From: Alkanindiges illinoisensis DSM 15370
GTDB taxonomy: Bacteria > Pseudomonadota > Gammaproteobacteria > Pseudomonadales > Moraxellaceae
Assembly (NCBI RefSeq): GCF_000619845.1
Contig: NZ_JHUX01000004.1
Span: 150,001-182,000 of the forward strand
DNA: 32,000 nt
Reading direction: 5' to 3'
Notes under the pieces: generated by a model
Seen by the model: only the letters and a program-made list of their open reading frames with translations
Databases searched by the model: none
What the model was told of the DNA's origin: nothing
Translations under genes and position numbers: made by a program
Shown here: positions 28,117 to 32,000 of the stretch, in pieces
Numbering within the stretch: the stretch's first letter is position 1
How the letters are laid out: each line of letters starts with the position of its first letter

Positions 28117-28137
28117 TTCTGACAGAACGAAACAGAT

Positions 28138-28848
28138 TTAGCCTGCCTGCTCCAGTAACAGATTACGGATATGACCAATGGCTTTGGTTGGATTCAAGCC
28201 TTTTGGACATACCGAAATACAGTTCATGATACCGCGGCAACGGAACAGGCTAAATGGATCATCCATACGTGCCAGACGTTCGGCCTGTGCTGTGTCACGC
28301 GAATCAATAATGAAACGGTATGCCTGAATCAGTGCAGATGGTCCCAGAAACTTGTCCGGGTTCCACCAGAACGATGGGCATGAGGTTGAACAACAGGCAC
28401 ATAGAATACATTCATACAGGCCATTCAGCTTTTCACGGTCTTCCTGTGACTGCAAACGCTCTTTTGGTGGCGCAGGCTGGTCATTCAACAGATAAGGGCG
28501 AACCTTTTCATATTGAACATAGAACTGGTTCATGTCGACCACCAGATCACGGATCACCGGCAAGCCCGGCAATGGGCGAATGACGATCTTTTGTGGCAGT
28601 TCGTTCAGGTTCAATAAACAGGCCAGACCATTCTTACCATTGATGTTCATGCCATCAGAACCACAGATTCCTTCACGGCAAGAACGACGGAAAGTCAGGG
28701 TTTCATCCTGCTTTTTCAACTCAAGCAATGCATCCAGCAACATACGGTGGCTATCATTCAGCTCCAGCGTATATGTCTGCATATAGGGTGCTTTATCCTT
28801 ATCAGGATCATAGCGATAAATTTCGAAAGTACGAGTACCTCTGCTCAT
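28138..28848 (-). CDS. sdhB: Succinate dehydrogenase iron-sulfur subunit
   Basis: The start is placed at ATG 28848 ([18 protein letters not shown], 236 aa) with an AGGAG Shine-Dalgarno 6 nt upstream. The track start at 28944 would overlap sdhA by 83 nt. Cluster motifs: [39 protein letters not shown]. Confidence 0.96.
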   Translation of the reverse strand: MSRGTRTFEIYRYDPDKDKAPYMQTYTLELNDSHRMLLDALLELKKQDETLTFRRSCREGICGSDGMNINGKNGLACLLNLNELPQKIVIRPLPGLPVIRDLVVDMNQFYVQYEKVRPYLLNDQPAPPKERLQSQEDREKLNGLYECILCACCSTSCPSFWWNPDKFLGPSALIQAYRFIIDSRDTAQAERLARMDDPFSLFRCRGIMNCISVCPKGLNPTKAIGHIRNLLLEQAG

Positions 28849-28861
28849 CTTGAACTCCTGA

Positions 28862-30706
28862 TTAGAATGTACGTGGCTTAGGTGGAATTTCATCCACTGT
28901 GAGTGGCTTTTGACGCACAGGCTTGTATTCAAGACGGTTGTCAACAGAATACCAGAGCGTATGCTTCATCCATTCGTCATCACGGCGACCATTGGCATAG
29001 GTTGGGTGATCACCCGGCAACTCATAATCAACCACGGTATGCGCACCACGGCACTCGGTACGCGCCGCTGCAGAAATCATGGTTGCCTTGGCAACTTCAT
29101 ACAGGTTTTCAACTTCCAGTGCTTCAATACGGGCAGTATTGAATACTTTGGATTTGTCTTTCAAATGCAGGTTCTTCACCCGTGGTGCCAGCGCAAGAAT
29201 CTGTTTGACACCTTCATTCATCAGAGCCTGTGTACGGAACACACCGGCGTGCTGCTGCATGACTTCACGAATCGCATCCGCAACATCCTGCGCATTTTCG
29301 CCAGTAGACGAATTTTGCAGGGCATTCAAGCGACGGTTGGTGTTTTCCAGCACTGCATTTGGCAATGGCGCATAGTCATCGCCATGATGCTTGGTCACAT
29401 AATCAATGATATGTTCACCAGCAGCCTTACCAAACACCACCAGATCAAGCAGTGAGTTGGTACCCAGACGGTTTGCACCGTGCACGCTTACACATGAACA
29501 CTCACCAATCGCATAGAAGCCTTTTACAACTTCTGTAGGGTTATCCCCTTTGGGAACAACCACCTGACCATGAATGTTGGTTGGAATACCACCCATCTGA
29601 TAGTGAATGGTCGGTACTACTGGAATTGGCTCTTTGGTACAGTCTACGTTGGCAAACTTCTTGCCAATTTCGAATACGGATGGCAAACGTTTCATGATGG
29701 TATCCGCACCCAGATGGGTCAGATCCAGTACCACGTAATCGCCATTCGGGCCACAGCCACGGCCTTCCTTGATTTCCTGATCCATGGAACGGGAAACAAA
29801 GTCACGCGGGGCAAGGTCTTTTAAGGTGGGCGCATAACGTTCCATGAACGGCTCACCGCTCTTGTTACGCAGCACGCCGCCTTCACCACGGCAGCCTTCA
29901 GTTAACAGTACACCAGCACCAGCCACGCCAGTCGGGTGGAACTGCCAGAATTCCATATCCTGCAATGGAATGCCCGCGCGGGATGCCATACCCAAACCGT
30001 CACCGGTATTGATATAGGCATTGGTAGACGCACGGAAAATACGGCCTGCACCACCAGTTGCAAACAGGGTTGCCTTAGCCTGGAATACCGCCACATTGCC
30101 AGTTTCCTGATCAATGGCCGTTACACCCAGAACATCACCCGCTTCGTTACGAATCAGGTCAAGTGCAATCCATTCCACAAAGAACTGGGTACCCAGCTCA
30201 AGGTTTTTCTGGTACAGGGTATGCAGCAGCGCATGGCCAGTACGGTCAGCGGCAGCACAGGCACGTGGCACGGCTTTTTCACCGTAGTTGGCAGAGTGAC
30301 CACCAAACGGACGCTGATAGATGGTGCCATCTTCATTGCGGTCAAACGGCATGCCCATATGCTCAAGCTCATACACCACCTTGGGTGCTTCACGGCACAT
30401 GAACTCAATGGCATCCTGATCACCTAACCAGTCGCCACCTTTGACGGTGTCATAAAAATGGTAGTGCCAGTTGTCTTCCTGCATGTTGCCTAAAGACGCA
30501 CCAATACCACCCTGGGCAGCAACGGTGTGAGAACGGGTTGGGAATACTTTGGTCAATACGGCAACCTTCAAGCCAGCCTCAGCCAGCTGCAAAGATGCAC
30601 GCATGCCCGAACCACCGCCGCCAACAATCACGGCATCGAAGTTCAGGGTTTCAATATTGGTAAAATCTTGATGTGGGGTTGATTTATTAAGATCAGTTGC
30701 TGCCAT
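28862..30706 (-). CDS. sdhA: Succinate dehydrogenase flavoprotein subunit
   Basis: 614 aa: FAD fold [14 protein letters not shown], the covalent-FAD His block [10 protein letters not shown], and [13 protein letters not shown]. An AGGAA Shine-Dalgarno lies upstream. Confidence 0.97.
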   Translation of the reverse strand: MAATDLNKSTPHQDFTNIETLNFDAVIVGGGGSGMRASLQLAEAGLKVAVLTKVFPTRSHTVAAQGGIGASLGNMQEDNWHYHFYDTVKGGDWLGDQDAIEFMCREAPKVVYELEHMGMPFDRNEDGTIYQRPFGGHSANYGEKAVPRACAAADRTGHALLHTLYQKNLELGTQFFVEWIALDLIRNEAGDVLGVTAIDQETGNVAVFQAKATLFATGGAGRIFRASTNAYINTGDGLGMASRAGIPLQDMEFWQFHPTGVAGAGVLLTEGCRGEGGVLRNKSGEPFMERYAPTLKDLAPRDFVSRSMDQEIKEGRGCGPNGDYVVLDLTHLGADTIMKRLPSVFEIGKKFANVDCTKEPIPVVPTIHYQMGGIPTNIHGQVVVPKGDNPTEVVKGFYAIGECSCVSVHGANRLGTNSLLDLVVFGKAAGEHIIDYVTKHHGDDYAPLPNAVLENTNRRLNALQNSSTGENAQDVADAIREVMQQHAGVFRTQALMNEGVKQILALAPRVKNLHLKDKSKVFNTARIEALEVENLYEVAKATMISAAARTECRGAHTVVDYELPGDHPTYANGRRDDEWMKHTLWYSVDNRLEYKPVRQKPLTVDEIPPKPRTF

Positions 30707-30718
30707 GATATGTTCCTA

Positions 30719-31087
30719 TCAATGTGCCCAGAAAATCTGGATACCCCAGACCATAAACACAATTATTGCAACAATCGTTGCACATTGCAGAATCAGACGG
30801 TATGCACTTGCAGAAGGACCAATCTGCGCTGGCGTAATGTAGTCAGTAAATACTGTCCACATGCCCACCCATGCATGCCCAACCAGAGATAAAATAGCCA
30901 GCAGGCTAAAAATCTTCATCGGCAGGGTCATCATAAAGCCATACCAGGCCGTGTAGTCAAAACCAGGATGGAGCAAAATCCAGCCCAGAATCAGAATGGT
31001 ATATACCGCCAGAATGACAGCACTCAGGCGCTGTACAATCCAGTCACGTGAACCGGAACCGGTCAAACCTGTTGCACTTCTCATCAC
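30719..31087 (-). CDS. sdhD: Succinate dehydrogenase hydrophobic membrane anchor subunit
   Basis: About 121 aa with 3 TM helices, including the heme-ligand region LSLVGHAWVGMWTVFTDY (compare E. coli ILIHAWIGMWQVLTDY). The start is GTG 31087 or ATG 31084, overlapping the sdhC stop. Confidence 0.9.
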   Translation of the reverse strand: MMRSATGLTGSGSRDWIVQRLSAVILAVYTILILGWILLHPGFDYTAWYGFMMTLPMKIFSLLAILSLVGHAWVGMWTVFTDYITPAQIGPSASAYRLILQCATIVAIIVFMVWGIQIFWAH

Positions 31088-31488
31088 AGCACCACCAACC
31101 AGATAAATGACGCCACAATACCAATGGCAGAAAGTACCAGCGCAGTAGTCGCAGCAGCACGGCCACTTTGCAGGCCCTCAGCGAAACCGATGTCGCCAAG
31201 CAAGTGCTTGATGCCCATAATCAAATGGTAGATCAGACCAGCCACAAATGCCCACACCACCAGACGGACAAGCAGGTTGCCGAAAATCTGGTCATGCACA
31301 TAGGCAAAACGTTCTGGAGAAGCCAAAGAACCCTGTAATAGCCAGAGCAATACAGGAATAAGTAAAAAAATGATGATTCCAGACACGCGGTGTAGAATCG
31401 AAGCAATAGCCACGGGAGAGCGCAAATTTACCGCTAACACTTGGCCCATGGACAAATTGACAGGTCTGTTGCTTTTCACAGCGGGCAT
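31084..31488 (-). CDS. sdhC: Succinate dehydrogenase cytochrome b556 subunit
   Basis: MPAVKSNRPVNLSMGQV...IASILHRVSGIIIFL aligns with E. coli SdhC (MIRNVKKQRPVNLDL...IASILHRVSGVITF). The start is therefore placed at ATG 31488 rather than the track start 31509. Confidence 0.88.
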   Translation of the reverse strand: MPAVKSNRPVNLSMGQVLAVNLRSPVAIASILHRVSGIIIFLLIPVLLWLLQGSLASPERFAYVHDQIFGNLLVRLVVWAFVAGLIYHLIMGIKHLLGDIGFAEGLQSGRAAATTALVLSAIGIVASFIWLVVL

Positions 31489-32000
31489 CCTGTAGGTAAA
31501 AACTCCCATTGGAGTTTGTATTAATTCGAAGGAAAGCTGGCGAAACAGGCGCTAAGCCTGTTAAAAACGACACGAAATTATAGTGCTGTTATGATTTAAT
31601 TACAAACTGGCAGCGAAAATGAATTTCGTTTTTTTTGAAGCGCAAATGAGAATTGCTTCTTTAGTCAGGCTGTAATTCCATAACCTCCTGCCTGATGCAT
31701 GCATTATCATTTACATGATTTTAGCCTGCATGCTAGAGATGCCAAGTGCTAGAGCAGTTCCAAGTGGCCTTCTTGCTTTAATGGATAGTTTGCCAAAATA
31801 TGCCTGAAAAAAATCTTTTAATAAGGTCAAGTAAAATTTATGCGGCTAAAGTCTAAGAATAATTTTAAGCCATTGCCCTAAAAAGCAGCATCTGCATTTA
31901 TTTAAAAATTATCATTCAATTCATTAAATTAGCTTAATAAAAACTTTGATACTGCATTTTTTTGGTCTTAAAGATTCAGGAATGGCAATTTTTTACAAAT

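Noticed and set aside
28849-28944. 32-residue N-terminal extension of sdhB (track ORF start 28944)
   Set aside because: It would overlap sdhA by 83 nt. ATG 28848 has an AGGAG Shine-Dalgarno at optimal spacing and begins at the conserved SdhB N terminus.

Overview
Gammaproteobacterial chromosomal window. I cannot verify the taxon; the TCA gene order resembles Pseudomonadales/Moraxellales. The right 40% (19.5-31.5 kb, minus strand) is the conserved TCA cluster sdhC-sdhD-sdhA-sdhB | sucA-sucB-lpd-sucC-sucD. A strong terminator and an unusually long, structured non-coding spacer of about 690 bp lie between sdhB and sucA. The middle (10.4-19.2 kb) is the most unusual part, a poly-beta-1,6-N-acetylglucosamine (PNAG, pga) locus that is split and half-duplicated. 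pgaB-pgaC-pgaD on the plus strand converges on pgaA-pgaC'-pgaD' on the minus strand, giving two synthase pairs, one deacetylase and one porin. The porin carries an internal duplication of about 184 aa in its TPR region. The left third holds miscellaneous genes: a partial DapA-family aldolase, a TMEM175/DUF1211 channel homologue, an acetoacetate-decarboxylase-like protein, two MFS transporters, YpfJ-like Zn-metalloprotease, YedI/DUF808, two orphan secreted proteins and trpS. It also holds a 41-aa cysteine-poor L36 paralogue (YkgO type) that is absent from the ORF track and sits behind a perfect 16-bp Zur-box-like palindrome. I found no tRNA, rRNA, CRISPR array, transposase or integrase. All calls come from reading translations and motifs by eye; no database search was possible.
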